Made by a program: the position numbers and the translations under genes
Notes under the pieces: generated by a model
Seen by the model: the letters and a program-made list of their open reading frames with translations, nothing else
Database searches by the model: none
What the model was told of the DNA's origin: nothing
Assembly: GCA_963931445.1 (NCBI GenBank)
Contig: OZ007016.1
Span: 1,475,279-1,539,278, forward strand
Source: an uncultured Clostridia bacterium
GTDB lineage: Bacteria; Bacillota; Clostridia; TANB77; CAG-508
DNA: 64,000 nucleotides
Reading direction: 5' to 3'
Part shown: positions 51,882-62,642 of the stretch, in pieces
Layout: each line of letters starts with the position of its first letter
How positions within the stretch are numbered: position 1 is the first letter of the stretch

Positions 51882-53060
51882 TTATTTCATAGCTTGTTCT
51901 AAATCTGCAATAATGTCATCTGCATCTTCTATTCCAACTGATAATCTAAGTAATGTATCTGTAATTCCTAAAGCATTTCTTTTTTCTTCATCAATTTCAG
52001 TATGTGTTCTACTTATTGGATGAGTTATTAAGCTCTCTACTCCTCCTAAACTTTCTGCAAATATAACTAATTTTAAATTTTCTAAAATTTTATTTACAGT
52101 TTCCATACTATCTACTCTAAAAGATATCATTCCTCCAAAACCTGTTGTTTGTTTTTTTGTTACTGCATAATCTTTATGATCTTCAAATCCTACATAATAT
52201 ACTTGTTCAACCTTAGGTTGTTTACGAAGCCAATTTGCTACTTTAATTGCATTTTCTTGATGTTTTTCCATTCTTAATGCTAATGTTTTTATTCCTCTTA
52301 ACATTACCCAAGAATCTAGTGGGCCTAAACCTGCACCGTAAATATACATTTTTATTTCTAAAATTTCACCAATTTTACTATCTTTAACTACAACAATACC
52401 TGCTAATACATCATTATGTCCACCTAAATATTTTGTTCCACTATGTATTACAATGTCTGCTCCAAGTGTAAGTGGTCTTTGGAAATATGGCGTTAAAAAT
52501 GTATTATCTACTACAACTAAAGCACCTATATCATGTCCAATTTTAGCTATTTTTTCAATATCTGCCACTTTCATCATAGGGTTTGTTGGAGTTTCTACAA
52601 ATATCATTTTTGTATTTTTCCTAATTGTTTTCTTCAATAGTTCCAAATCAGATAAGTCTATACTATCATACTCTATTCCATTAACTACTAACACTTCACT
52701 TACTTCTCTAAATGTACCACCATAAATATCATCTGACATAATTATATGGTCACCTGGTTTTAATAAGGAAAATACAAGTGTTGTTGCTGCCATTCCTGAA
52801 TTTACAGCAAAGGCTCTTGTTCCTTCTTCTAATATTGCCATAGTTTTTTCCAATTCTTCTCTTGTTGGATTAATACATCTAGAATAATTGTATGGGTCTC
52901 TTATTTCAATTGCACTGTGTTTAAAAGTAGCTGTTTGATAAATAGGGAAACTAAGTGAACCTGTTGCTGGATCAACGCCATCTCCACCATGTACTACTTT
53001 TGATGATAATTTTAAATTTTCCTTTCTGTTAAAATTTTTGTAATCTTTTGAATCTTTCAT
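51882..53060 (-). CDS. Cys/Met-metabolism PLP-dependent enzyme (cystathionine gamma-synthase/beta-lyase family)
   Basis: PLP-lysine context HSGTKYLGGH and overall family architecture. Confidence 0.75.
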   Translation of the reverse strand: MKDSKDYKNFNRKENLKLSSKVVHGGDGVDPATGSLSFPIYQTATFKHSAIEIRDPYNYSRCINPTREELEKTMAILEEGTRAFAVNSGMAATTLVFSLLKPGDHIIMSDDIYGGTFREVSEVLVVNGIEYDSIDLSDLELLKKTIRKNTKMIFVETPTNPMMKVADIEKIAKIGHDIGALVVVDNTFLTPYFQRPLTLGADIVIHSGTKYLGGHNDVLAGIVVVKDSKIGEILEIKMYIYGAGLGPLDSWVMLRGIKTLALRMEKHQENAIKVANWLRKQPKVEQVYYVGFEDHKDYAVTKKQTTGFGGMISFRVDSMETVNKILENLKLVIFAESLGGVESLITHPISRTHTEIDEEKRNALGITDTLLRLSVGIEDADDIIADLEQAMK

Positions 53061-53235
53061 GTTTATTACCTCAGTTTCTAAATATTATAAACAGTATATT
53101 CTTAATTAAGAATATAAGCCTGTTGGTTTAAACATATCGTTATTATACACTAATTTTTGAAAATAGTACAGCTTTTTTATATTTTTTCACCAAAAAAGGA
53201 ACCCTAATGGATTCCTTTCTTGGTGAATAGATTCT

Positions 53236-53738
53236 CTACTCACTTCGTAACGCTTCTACTGGATCTTTTTTACTTGCCATCTTTGCTGGAATTAAACCTG
53301 CAATTACTGTAAGTAGCATACTAATTATAACAAGAGCTATTCCTCTCACATCTATTATCGTAGATACCGAACTCATCATTGTTCCTACTAAATCTGTATA
53401 TGTTATAACATTTTCTTCTTTATTTTTATTTCTCTGTTCCTCATTATATTCTTCTATATATGAAGCAATTTGCTCTTTTGCATCAAAATCTTTTGGATAT
53501 ATATTTATAGAACTTGGATTATCTATATCTACTACTCCTAATTTTTCTAAGTTTCCTTCATATGTAGCATTTGCATTTTCTGTATATTGATTCATTAATT
53601 TTGCATTCCATTTAATAAAGACATAATTAATGCTATACCAATTATTCCTATACTACCTGCAAATGATGTAAGAAAAGTTCTTCCTTTTTTAGTCATTAAA
53701 TTGTTTAGACTAAGTACTTTCCTTTCCTTTAACAAGAA
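53236..53738 (-). pseudogene. FtsX-like ABC permease remnant (only TM1 and the C-terminal TM); A-run frameshift near 53600
   Basis: N-terminus ..KKGRTFLTSFAGSIGIIGIALIM and C-terminus ..IAGLIPAKMASKKDPVEALRSE are typical MacB/FtsX ends, but only about 170 aa lie between them. Confidence 0.4.
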
Positions 53739-54171
53739 GACAGAGTAGTTGCTCAAGATTTGTAATCAAGGTACACAACTCTTGTTTATTTTACTGGTAA
53801 ATAATAACATTTTATTATTTTTTATTCAATATTATTCTTAAACTTTTTTAATTTTTTGTTGCTGGTTAACAATTTATTAAATTTAAAGAAATTCAACAAA
53901 TATACATATTTCTAGTTTTCTAGTGTATCAAGTAATTAAATAGTAACAATTTTATTCTTTGAAAAAGAAGTATATATTTCTTATCGATATTCATATAACT
54001 GTAAACAGTAACTTTTAGTACATTGGTTTGACAACAACATAAATATATATTATAGTATTAGTGCCGACTTCTCTTAAGTTGGAGAAAGGAGGTCTTCATG
54101 AAAAGTTTATTTTGCAATTGCTAGCTCTTTATGTTATTTACTTAATTGTAAAACATTTTGATGATTAGCAT

Positions 54172-54210
54172 ACAAAAAGACTAGGTCTGGACACCTAGTC
54201 TTTTTTTACT
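54172..54210. terminator. Bidirectional terminator flanked by 28-bp direct repeats
   Basis: AAAAAGACTAGGTCTGGACACCTAGTCTTTTTTT; the repeat CATGAAAAGTTTATTTTGCAATTGCTA lies at 54098 and 54210. Confidence 0.7.
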
Positions 54211-54329
54211 TCATGAAAAGTTTATTTTGCAATTGCTATAATTATTATAGCTCATTTTTAATTATATGTCAAATTTTTAAAATTTATACTTTTTGAAATC
54301 CATTTCAAATTAAATATTAAAAAGTTATC

Positions 54330-55005
54330 TCACATTACATACAGCAATATACAAAAGAAATGTAATAAACTTCCTAATAATATAAATAAATGAAATATAG
54401 AATGCATCCATTTATGTTTTTTACCTAAGCCATAAAGAATTGCACCTAAGGTATATGCTATTCCTCCTGCTACTAATAATACTAGACCTGGTAATGGTAA
54501 AAGTATAGGTAACAAATTAGCTTTAAAAATAATTGCCCAACCCATTCCTAAATAACATATCATTGAAAATACTTTATATTTTTTTAAATCAATAGCATTA
54601 AGTATAATTCCTAGAATTGCCATTGCCCATATAACTCCAAATATTATCCATCCTGTTTGTACATTATATTCTCTAAATGTACAAAGTGCAAAAGGTGTAT
54701 ATGAACCTGCTATAAGTAAAAATATTGTACAATGATCTAATACTTGAAGTACTTTTTTACCGCTTACATCTAGGGCTTAATCCATGATATATACTAGACA
54801 TTGTATATAAAATGAACATTGTGGTTCCATATATTGCACCACTCACAATTCCATATACATTTCCATGTATAGCTGCAATTATTATACAAAGTACTATAGC
54901 CACAATTCCTAATACTGCTCCTACAATATGTGAAGTCATATTAAAAATTTCTTCTCCCTTTGTATAAGTTGGTAAAATCCTATCTTTTAATTTTGTTCTA
55001 GTCAT
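54330..55005 (-). CDS. hemolysin III / PAQR-family membrane protein; one frameshift near 54745
   Basis: The N-terminal piece (..SSIYHGLSPR) and the C-terminal piece (..HSIFHLFILLGSLLHF) lie in different frames that join with a 1-nt correction. Confidence 0.7.
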
Positions 55006-55122
55006 AAAACCTCTCCTTTATTTTTTTATTACCAAAGGCCAAAATTATTAAAGTTTTTTATTATTATTAATTTAGACTTATACTTATAAAAATATAATTT
55101 TAAAATTAAATTATAATTATAT

Positions 55123-56082
55123 TTAATTTTCATTTATGATTCTATCTATAGAATCTTTCCTCATCTGTTTTATTATATTACAACTATTATTAAGTTTTTC
55201 TTGTTCTTCCTTATTCAAATCTAATTTCAACACTTCTCTTACACCTTGTGAATTAATAATAACTGGTACTCCTATATATATATCATTTTGTCCATAATCT
55301 CCATTTTCTAGATAAGTTGATACAGTAAGAATAGAATTTTCATTATCTAATATAGCTCTTACTATCCTATTTAAAGCCATTCCTATGCCATAATATGTGG
55401 CTTTCTTCTTATTTATAATTTCATATGCAGCATTTACAACATCTTTATGAATTTTATTTAAGTCTGATATTGGATGGTTATTATCTTTCATTATATTTAT
55501 TATACTCTTACAACCAATATATGCATGATTCCATGGTACAAATGATGAATCTCCATGTTCTCCCATTATATATGCATGAACATTTTTACTAGATACTTTA
55601 AAATAATCTGCTAATAAATATCTAAGTCTTGCTGTATCTAAAACAGTACCTGATCCGATCACTTGATTTTTTGGAAGTCCTGATACCTTTGCAACAACAT
55701 ATGCCATTAAATCTACTGGATTGCTTGCAACAATTATTATTCCATTAAATCCACTTTCCATAATTTTTTTAGTTATATCTTTCATTATTTTTGTATTAAT
55801 TTCTGCAAGTTCTAACCTAGTTTGTCCTGGTTTTTGTGCTGCTCCTGCTGTAATTACTACTATCTGTGCATCTTTGCAATCGCTATAATCTCCTGCTTTA
55901 ATAACCATTTTTTGAGGTGCATAAGGAAGTCCATGAGATAAATCCATTTCTTCTCCAATAGTTTTATCTTTATCTATATCAACTAATACAAGTTCATTTA
56001 TTCCTCCACGATTCAACATAGAATAAGCCATACTCATTCCAACAAATCCTGTACCTACTAACACTATTTTACCTTTTTTCAT
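55123..56082 (-). CDS. ldh: L-lactate dehydrogenase
   Basis: NAD-binding GTGFVG and the LDH active-site region. Confidence 0.9.
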   Translation of the reverse strand: MKKGKIVLVGTGFVGMSMAYSMLNRGGINELVLVDIDKDKTIGEEMDLSHGLPYAPQKMVIKAGDYSDCKDAQIVVITAGAAQKPGQTRLELAEINTKIMKDITKKIMESGFNGIIIVASNPVDLMAYVVAKVSGLPKNQVIGSGTVLDTARLRYLLADYFKVSSKNVHAYIMGEHGDSSFVPWNHAYIGCKSIINIMKDNNHPISDLNKIHKDVVNAAYEIINKKKATYYGIGMALNRIVRAILDNENSILTVSTYLENGDYGQNDIYIGVPVIINSQGVREVLKLDLNKEEQEKLNNSCNIIKQMRKDSIDRIINEN

Positions 56083-56403
56083 ATATACTTAATCCTCTTA
56101 TAATATGTTTATACAGTTTATATTTAATATTTTATAAACATATTCTTTCCTTTATATTTTTACTTTATTACTTTACCATATTATGTCATATTTTTCAATT
56201 GTTTAAACAAATAATTCTTAAAACAATACATATTATTTTATATTTGTAGCATTTTACTTTGTAGATATGCATACTTCATAATTTAACCTTATTGTATAGG
56301 CAAAAAATTTAGAACACTAGATAAATTTATATTTTAATACATTTACCTAGTGTTCTATCATTTTATAATAGTGTAAAATATTACTAGTAGTCATTTTTTA
56401 TTC

Positions 56404-58858
56404 TTACTCAATTTCTATTTCATTATTTTTTACAATTATTTTTGAACTTTTATTTGGAATAATTTTTCCATCTAAAATTGCCTGTGCTATTTTATCTTCT
56501 ACATTACTTTGTATTGCTCTCTTTAATGGTCTAGCACCATAGTTTGTATCTATTCCTTTTTTTGCAACTAACTCTTTTACAGAATCATCTATTTCAATTA
56601 CATAATTTTGTTCTTTTAGTCTTGTTTGAACTTGTTTTAACATTATTTCTATAATTTGTTTAATATCTTCATCTGTAAGTTTATGAAATACTATAATATC
56701 ATCTATACGGTTTATAAATTCAGGTCTAAATTGTTTTTTTAATTCAGCCATAACATCTTTTTTTATGCTATCATACTCTTTTTCTTGAGATTCTTTATTA
56801 TTATCTCCTGATTTGCTAAAACCTAATACATTTTTATCTGTAATCGTTCTAGCCCCAACATTTGATGTCATAATGATTACTGTATTTTTAAAGTTTACTG
56901 TTCTACCTTGTGCGTCTGTTAATCTACCATCATCTAGTATTTGTAGTAACATATTCATAACATCTGGATGTGCTTTTTCAATTTCATCAAATAATATAAC
57001 AGAATATGGTTTTCTTCTTATTTTTTCTGTTAATTGACCTCCATCATCATATCCTACATATCCTGGAGGTGAACCAATAAGTTTTGCAACTGAATGTGGT
57101 TCCATAAATTCAGACATATCTACTCTTATCATTGAATTTTCATTTCCAAATAAACTTTCAGCTAAAGCTTTAGAAAGTTCAGTTTTTCCAACACCTGTTG
57201 GTCCTAAAAATAAGAATGAACCTATTGGTCTATTAGGATCTTTTAATCCTACTCTTCCTCTTCTTATTGCCTTACTTACTGCTTCTACTGCTTCATTTTG
57301 CCCAATTACTCTTTTATGTAATGTTTCTTCTAAATGTTTTAGTTTATCATTTTCATCTTGAGTTATTTTATTTACTGGAATTCCGGTTTGTGTAGATATA
57401 ACTTCTGCTATGTCTTCCTCTTTTAAATTTAAAACATTTTTATTATTTTTATTTTGCCATTTTTTCTTTTCTTTTTCTAATTTATCTTTCTGTTCATTTT
57501 TCTTATCTCTTAATGTAGCAGCTTTTTCAAAATCTTGCATACGAATTGCTTCTTCTTTTTCCCTATCTAATAAAGCTATCTTTTCTTCTATTTCTTTTAA
57601 ACTATCTGGCATTGTATATGTTCTCATTTTTACTCTTGAAGCTGCTTCATCTATCAAATCTATTGCTTTATCTGGCAAAAATCTATCATTAATATACCTT
57701 ATAGATAATTGAACTGCTGCTTTTATTGCTTCCTCTGTAATTTTCACATTATGATGTGCTTCATATTTATCTCTTAGTCCTTCTAGAATTTTTATAGTTT
57801 CCTCTTCTGTTGGTTCTCCTACTGTTACTGGACTAAATCTTCTTTCTAATGCACTATCTTTCTCAATATATTTTCTATATTCATTTAAAGTAGTAGCACC
57901 TACAACTTGAACTTCTCCTCTTGCTAAAAGTGGTTTTAAAATATTTGCTGCATCAACTGCACCTTCTGCTGAACCAGCTCCTACTATTGTATGAATTTCA
58001 TCAATAAATAAAATTACATCTCCCGCTTTTTTTACTTCTGACAAACATTTTTTTATTCTTTCTTCAAAATCTCCTCTATATTTAGCACCTGCTACCATTC
58101 CAGAAATATCTACACTTACTATCCTTTTATTTTTAAGCATTTCCGGAACATCTTCAGATACAATTTTCTCTGCCAAGCCTTCAACTACTGCTGTTTTACC
58201 AACACCTGGTTCTCCTATTAAACAAGGATTATTTTTTGTTCTTCTTGATAATATTTGAATTACTCTATCTATTTCATTTTTTCTACCAATTACTGGATCT
58301 AATTTTCCTTCTCGTGCTTGTTTTGTTAAATCAGATCCAAATTGATTTAATGTTGGCGTAGAATTAAAGCTTCCTAAATTTTTATCTGTTTGATTTCTAG
58401 GAGAATTTGAATCTATTCCATCTTCATTTAAAACTTTTACTATTTCATTATAAAGCTTTCTTGGATCTATGTTTAAATCCATCATAATTCTAACTGCTAC
58501 ACTATCTCCTTCACGCATAATACCTATTAAGATATGTTCTGTTCCTATAAATTCACTTCCTAATTTTCTAGCTTCTATAAATGCATTTTCAATTATCCTT
58601 TTACTTCTTGGAGTAAATCCTAATGATTCATTTGAATTTAATGGTTCATTTGTACCAATAAGCATTTCAATTTCTTGTAATATGTCATCAGCAGTTACCC
58701 CTTGATTTTCTATTACTCTACTTGCAACACCAGTTCCTTCCTTGCATAATCCATATAAAATATGCTCAGTACCTATATAATTATGTCCAAGTTCTAATGC
58801 AATATCATTTGCAATTTCTATAGCCTTTTCAGCTCTATTGGTAAATCTATACATCATA
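56404..58858 (-). CDS. clpC: ATP-dependent Clp protease ATP-binding subunit ClpC
   Basis: Clp N-repeats, two AAA+ modules and a UVR motif. Start set at MMYRFT behind an AGGAAGGTGA RBS. Confidence 0.9.
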
Positions 58859-58918
58859 ATTATCACCTTCCTTTTGGCACATTGGTAATAGACCTTTTGT
58901 GCCATTTCAAAATATTAT

Positions 58919-59935
58919 TTACTCATTTATAATTTGTTTTATTACTTCTGCTCTTTTAATTTCTCTTTCATAACCCTCTAATGTTTTTCCAAAATATTTT
59001 TGCAAATTTCCTGATTTAGTATATAATTCTAATTTTTTTATTTTACCATCGTTTAATTCTTTTATAATTCCTAAATCCACACCAAGTTTTACATCTGATA
59101 ATAATTTTTTGCATTCATCTGATGAAATTTTAGTTGCATATGTTAAAATTCCAAATGCTCTATAAACTCTATCTTCTAATTCTTGCTCATTTTTTCCCAG
59201 GAACTTTCTAGCTAATCTTTCTTGTTCAATAATTTTTTCTGTAATATTTTTCACATTATTAATAATTTCTTTTTCTGTTATACCTATTGTTTGATTATTT
59301 GAAATTATATACATATCTCCTTGATTTTGTGTTCCTTCTCCATATAATCCTTTTACACTCATACCAAAGTTGTTTACAATCCTTAAAACTTTAGATAAAT
59401 TTCCTGTATAAGTTAAGGCTGGAAGATGAACAATAACTGATGCTTTCATACCAGTTCCTATATTTATTGGAGAAGTTGCTATATAACCAAATTTTTCACT
59501 ATATGAATAATTTAATATTTCTCCTATTTTTTCATCTATTTCTATTATTAAATTCATCAAATTATCTAGTTCTTGTCCTGAGCTAAAAACTTGTAATTTA
59601 ATATGATCATCTTCATTTAGCATTATACATATATTTTCTTCATTATTTATTACAATTGCTTTTCTTGCATTGTTATTAATTACAAATTCAGGACTTATTA
59701 AATGCTTTTCTACTAAACTTAATTTAGTAATATCATCTAAATCTTCTAAATTAATATATTTTAATTCATGGCCTATACTAGGTACAATTTCTTTTATCTT
59801 TTCTAAAACTTTTTCTTGCTCTTCTTTTGAGCATTTTTTTAGAAATTTAAATCCATTTAAATTTCTAACTAGTCTTACTCTTGAGCTTATAACAACATCT
59901 GAATCTCTACCATTTTGCAAATACCAATTTGACAT
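58919..59935 (-). CDS. mcsB: protein arginine kinase McsB
   Basis: ATP:guanido phosphotransferase domain; operon context. Confidence 0.85.
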   Translation of the reverse strand: MSNWYLQNGRDSDVVISSRVRLVRNLNGFKFLKKCSKEEQEKVLEKIKEIVPSIGHELKYINLEDLDDITKLSLVEKHLISPEFVINNNARKAIVINNEENICIMLNEDDHIKLQVFSSGQELDNLMNLIIEIDEKIGEILNYSYSEKFGYIATSPINIGTGMKASVIVHLPALTYTGNLSKVLRIVNNFGMSVKGLYGEGTQNQGDMYIISNNQTIGITEKEIINNVKNITEKIIEQERLARKFLGKNEQELEDRVYRAFGILTYATKISSDECKKLLSDVKLGVDLGIIKELNDGKIKKLELYTKSGNLQKYFGKTLEGYEREIKRAEVIKQIINE

Positions 59936-59937
59936 AT

Positions 59938-60468
59938 TTATTCCTCCAATCCTTTAATTTCATCACGAATTTTAGCTGCATCCTCATATCTTTCTTCTTT
60001 TATTGCTTTTTGTAAATCTTTTTTTAATTTTTCTAGTTTTGTTTCTTCTTTTTTTATTGGTTTATTTTTTTCTAAATCCTTGCTATGATCTACTTTTCTG
60101 TATCCTCTTCCTATATGTCTATTTGCTCCTTGTAAATTTTTAAGAATTGAAGAAATTCTATCTTCAAATATGTTATAGCAACTATCACATCCAAATTCAC
60201 CACTATCTATAAAATTATCAAATGTTGTTCCACAATTATTACATTGTAAATTTTGAGTTCCTACAAAACTTGGTAACAAATTATCACTATAATCATTAAA
60301 GAAATCACTTAAAAAACTTGAAAAATTAATAGGCATACTAAAATTAATATCTTTTAACCCCATTTCTTTTGCACATTTATCGCAAAGATTCATCTCCTTT
60401 TTTACACCATTTATAACTTGTGTATATTTAAATGTAACTTCATTTTTTCCACAATTTTGACACATCAT
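59938..60468 (-). CDS. mcsA: McsA (activator of McsB; zinc fingers plus UVR domain)
   Basis: N-terminal CxxC repeats and a C-terminal UVR motif (YEDAAKIRDEIKGLE). Confidence 0.8.
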   Translation of the reverse strand: MMCQNCGKNEVTFKYTQVINGVKKEMNLCDKCAKEMGLKDINFSMPINFSSFLSDFFNDYSDNLLPSFVGTQNLQCNNCGTTFDNFIDSGEFGCDSCYNIFEDRISSILKNLQGANRHIGRGYRKVDHSKDLEKNKPIKKEETKLEKLKKDLQKAIKEERYEDAAKIRDEIKGLEE

Positions 60469-60498
60469 AATAAAAACCTCCTTAATTTTTAAATAAAT

Positions 60499-60948
60499 TT
60501 AATCATCAACTAAGTTTATTAACATATTCTTAAAAATTTTTGCTCTTAGTTCATCCTTTATCTCTTGTGGTACTGTAAGAATATTATCACTTGTTGCTAC
60601 TTTTAATAATTTTGCTTCTTTTTTTGTTACAACATTATATGATAGAAAATTACTTAAAAAAATATTCACTTCTTGTGCAGTTAATTCATCTCCTATACTT
60701 GATATTGTGTGCATTAAATAATTACTTTTAGTAATATTTATTTTTCGTATACTAATATGCCCTCCACCACCTCTTTTACTTTCTACATAGTAACCTTGTG
60801 AAGGTTTAAATCTTGTTGATATAACATAATTTATTTGTGATGGTACACAATTAAAGTGTTCTGCTAAATCATTTCTTTGTATTTCTATATAATCTTCATC
60901 ATCAAATAATTCTTTTATAAATTCTTCTATCATATCTGACATTCTCAT
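60499..60948 (-). CDS. ctsR: class III stress gene repressor CtsR
   Basis: N-terminal HTH and the glycine-rich sensor loop KRGGGGHI. Confidence 0.85.
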   Translation of the reverse strand: MRMSDMIEEFIKELFDDEDYIEIQRNDLAEHFNCVPSQINYVISTRFKPSQGYYVESKRGGGGHISIRKINITKSNYLMHTISSIGDELTAQEVNIFLSNFLSYNVVTKKEAKLLKVATSDNILTVPQEIKDELRAKIFKNMLINLVDD

Positions 60949-60972
60949 TTTCATCACTTCCATTTTTCCATA

Positions 60973-60994
60973 TTGACTTTGACTTTCTTTGACC
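60973..60994 (-). promoter_or_regulatory. CtsR operator overlapping the ctsR promoter
   Basis: The minus strand reads GGTCAAAGAAAGTCAAAGTCAA (heptad direct repeats) just downstream of a TATAAT -10. Confidence 0.75.
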
Positions 60995-61066
60995 TATATA
61001 AATATTATACTCTCTTTTTTTTAGAAGTCAATAGTTTTTTTATTTTTTTCTAAAATATTATATAGA

Positions 61067-61135
61067 TGTTAATTAAAAAATTAAATTCTATTTAAATAAA
61101 AGTAAATAGAATTTAATTGTATTTTAATATATATT
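61067..61135. repeat. AT-rich hairpin repeat B, copy 2
   Basis: Matches 10678-10745. Confidence 0.7.
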
Positions 61136-61153
61136 GTAAGATTAAAAGAAAGT

Positions 61154-61390
61154 TTATATAATATAAGTGCTTCTTACTTCTATTTTCATTTCACTATCTA
61201 ATTTTCCTTCCAGTGCAATAATTTGATTTTCTTTAAAATTCCTATGCATATAATCTGCAATTTCATCATAGCCATAAATTTCTACTATACTGTTATTTAG
61301 CAATTTTACTTTACATTTTGCTATTGGAGTGTATTTATATTTTATTTCTTCTTGAGTAAAAATAAAAATGTAGTTTCCTACAATTTTCAA
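61154..61390 (-). CDS. hypothetical small protein; its 5' end overlaps a solo IS-end copy
   Basis: ORF only; the start lies inside the IS terminal-repeat copy. Confidence 0.25.
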   Translation of the reverse strand: MKIVGNYIFIFTQEEIKYKYTPIAKCKVKLLNNSIVEIYGYDEIADYMHRNFKENQIIALEGKLDSEMKIEVRSTYII

Positions 61391-61425
61391 ACTGGAAGAA
61401 AACTACATTTTTATTCTATCATAAA
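61352..61425. mobile_element. Solo copy of the istA-proximal terminal repeat of the IS21-family element
   Basis: AAAATGTAGTTTCCTACAATTTTCAAACTGGAAGAAAACTACATTT is about 85% identical to 63945-64000 and ends ..CATAAACA, directly abutting element A. Confidence 0.6.
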
Positions 61426-61582
61426 CAGGTGTTCTATTTTTTAAATTAACTTTTCTTATTGTATAGAAAAAATCGACTTTTTACTTAATATTTCAGTATC
61501 TTTAACGATTTTTGCTATACAACAAGGTTAAGTTTCCTTGGGCCGAGCGTATTTGCGAAGCAAAACGCTCATGTGGCGAAGC
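61426..61582 (+). repeat. Repeat element A, copy 5, truncated at its 3' end by the IS insertion
   Basis: Identical to copy 1 through ..CATGTGGCGAAGC, then IS sequence (TGTAAATGTCAAG) instead of CACTTTTCTTATT. Confidence 0.75.
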
Positions 61583-61684
61583 TGTAAATGTCAAGTGAAA
61601 AATGTACTTTTTTTCCAGTTTCAAAAATGTACGAAAATTCCAGTTTTAAATATATACTTAGAGGGGAAAATCCCCTCTAAAATT

Positions 61685-61867
61685 TTAGAAAAAATTTTCT
61701 TCTCTATAATCCTTTTCTAGCATAACATCTTTTTTATTACAATGATATGCTAAATAATGTAATTCATTTATAATTTCTTCTTTTGTAAGTTTTCGTCCTA
61801 ATTCTGTTATTCTATCTATTGCTACATCTACATATATTATCATTTCTCTCACTGTCATCTTATACAC
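61685..61867 (-). CDS. small ORF downstream of istB inside the IS
   Basis: ORF only. Confidence 0.2.
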   Translation of the reverse strand: MYKMTVREMIIYVDVAIDRITELGRKLTKEEIINELHYLAYHCNKKDVMLEKDYREENFF

Positions 61868-62630
61868 CTTCCTTTTCTATATTTCTTTGCATCTCCACAT
61901 TTCTATCTTTTATTCTATATGATTGTCCTTTAATTTTTATTATGTGACTGTGGTGCACTAATCTATCTATTATTGCTGCTGTCACTACGGAATCTCCAAA
62001 TATATCTGACCACTTGCTAAATACCTGATTTGTTGTTAATATTGTTGACTTCTTTTCATATCTTTTATTTATTAATTGAAAAAACAAATATGCTCCTTCT
62101 TTCGTTATCGGTAAATACCCTATTTCATCAATTATCAGCAATTTATATTTACAAAAATATTTTATTTTTATATCTGCTCTATTTTCAGAATTAGCTTGTA
62201 CTAATTGATTTATTAAATCATTAAAAGTTATGTAATATGTGCTAATCCTTCGTTTCGCTGCTGCCATTCCAATTCCAACCGCTAAATGTGTTTTTCCAAC
62301 TCCACTTGTTCCTACAAATATTATATTTTCACTCTTCTCCATAAATCTTAATGTTTCTAAATCATAAAGTTCAGTTTTATCTACACTAGGCTGATAACTA
62401 AAATCAAAATCATCTAATGTCTTTTCAAATGGAAATGCAGACACTTTTATATTTACTTTTGCAGCTCTTTCAGTTTGATATTTAATTTCTTCTTTTGTTA
62501 AATCATACAACATTTCTGTAAATGAAATATTTTTGTCTTTCATCTCATCTAAATATCCAGGTAACATATTTTTTATATTATCTAATTTTAAAATTTCTAA
62601 ATTATCTATTAAATCTGTATACATACTCAT
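61860..62630 (-). CDS. istB: IS21-family helper ATPase IstB
   Basis: Walker A GTSGVGKTHLA and the DnaC-like AAA+ fold. Confidence 0.9.
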   Translation of the reverse strand: MSMYTDLIDNLEILKLDNIKNMLPGYLDEMKDKNISFTEMLYDLTKEEIKYQTERAAKVNIKVSAFPFEKTLDDFDFSYQPSVDKTELYDLETLRFMEKSENIIFVGTSGVGKTHLAVGIGMAAAKRRISTYYITFNDLINQLVQANSENRADIKIKYFCKYKLLIIDEIGYLPITKEGAYLFFQLINKRYEKKSTILTTNQVFSKWSDIFGDSVVTAAIIDRLVHHSHIIKIKGQSYRIKDRNVEMQRNIEKEGV

Positions 62631-62642
62631 ATTTCTTTCCTC

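Noticed and set aside
56195-56212. TTGTTTAAACAA palindrome upstream of ldh as a Rex operator
   Set aside because: Rex boxes are TTGTGAA-N4-TTCACAA (18 bp). This 12-mer lacks the spacer and the conserved GA/TC.
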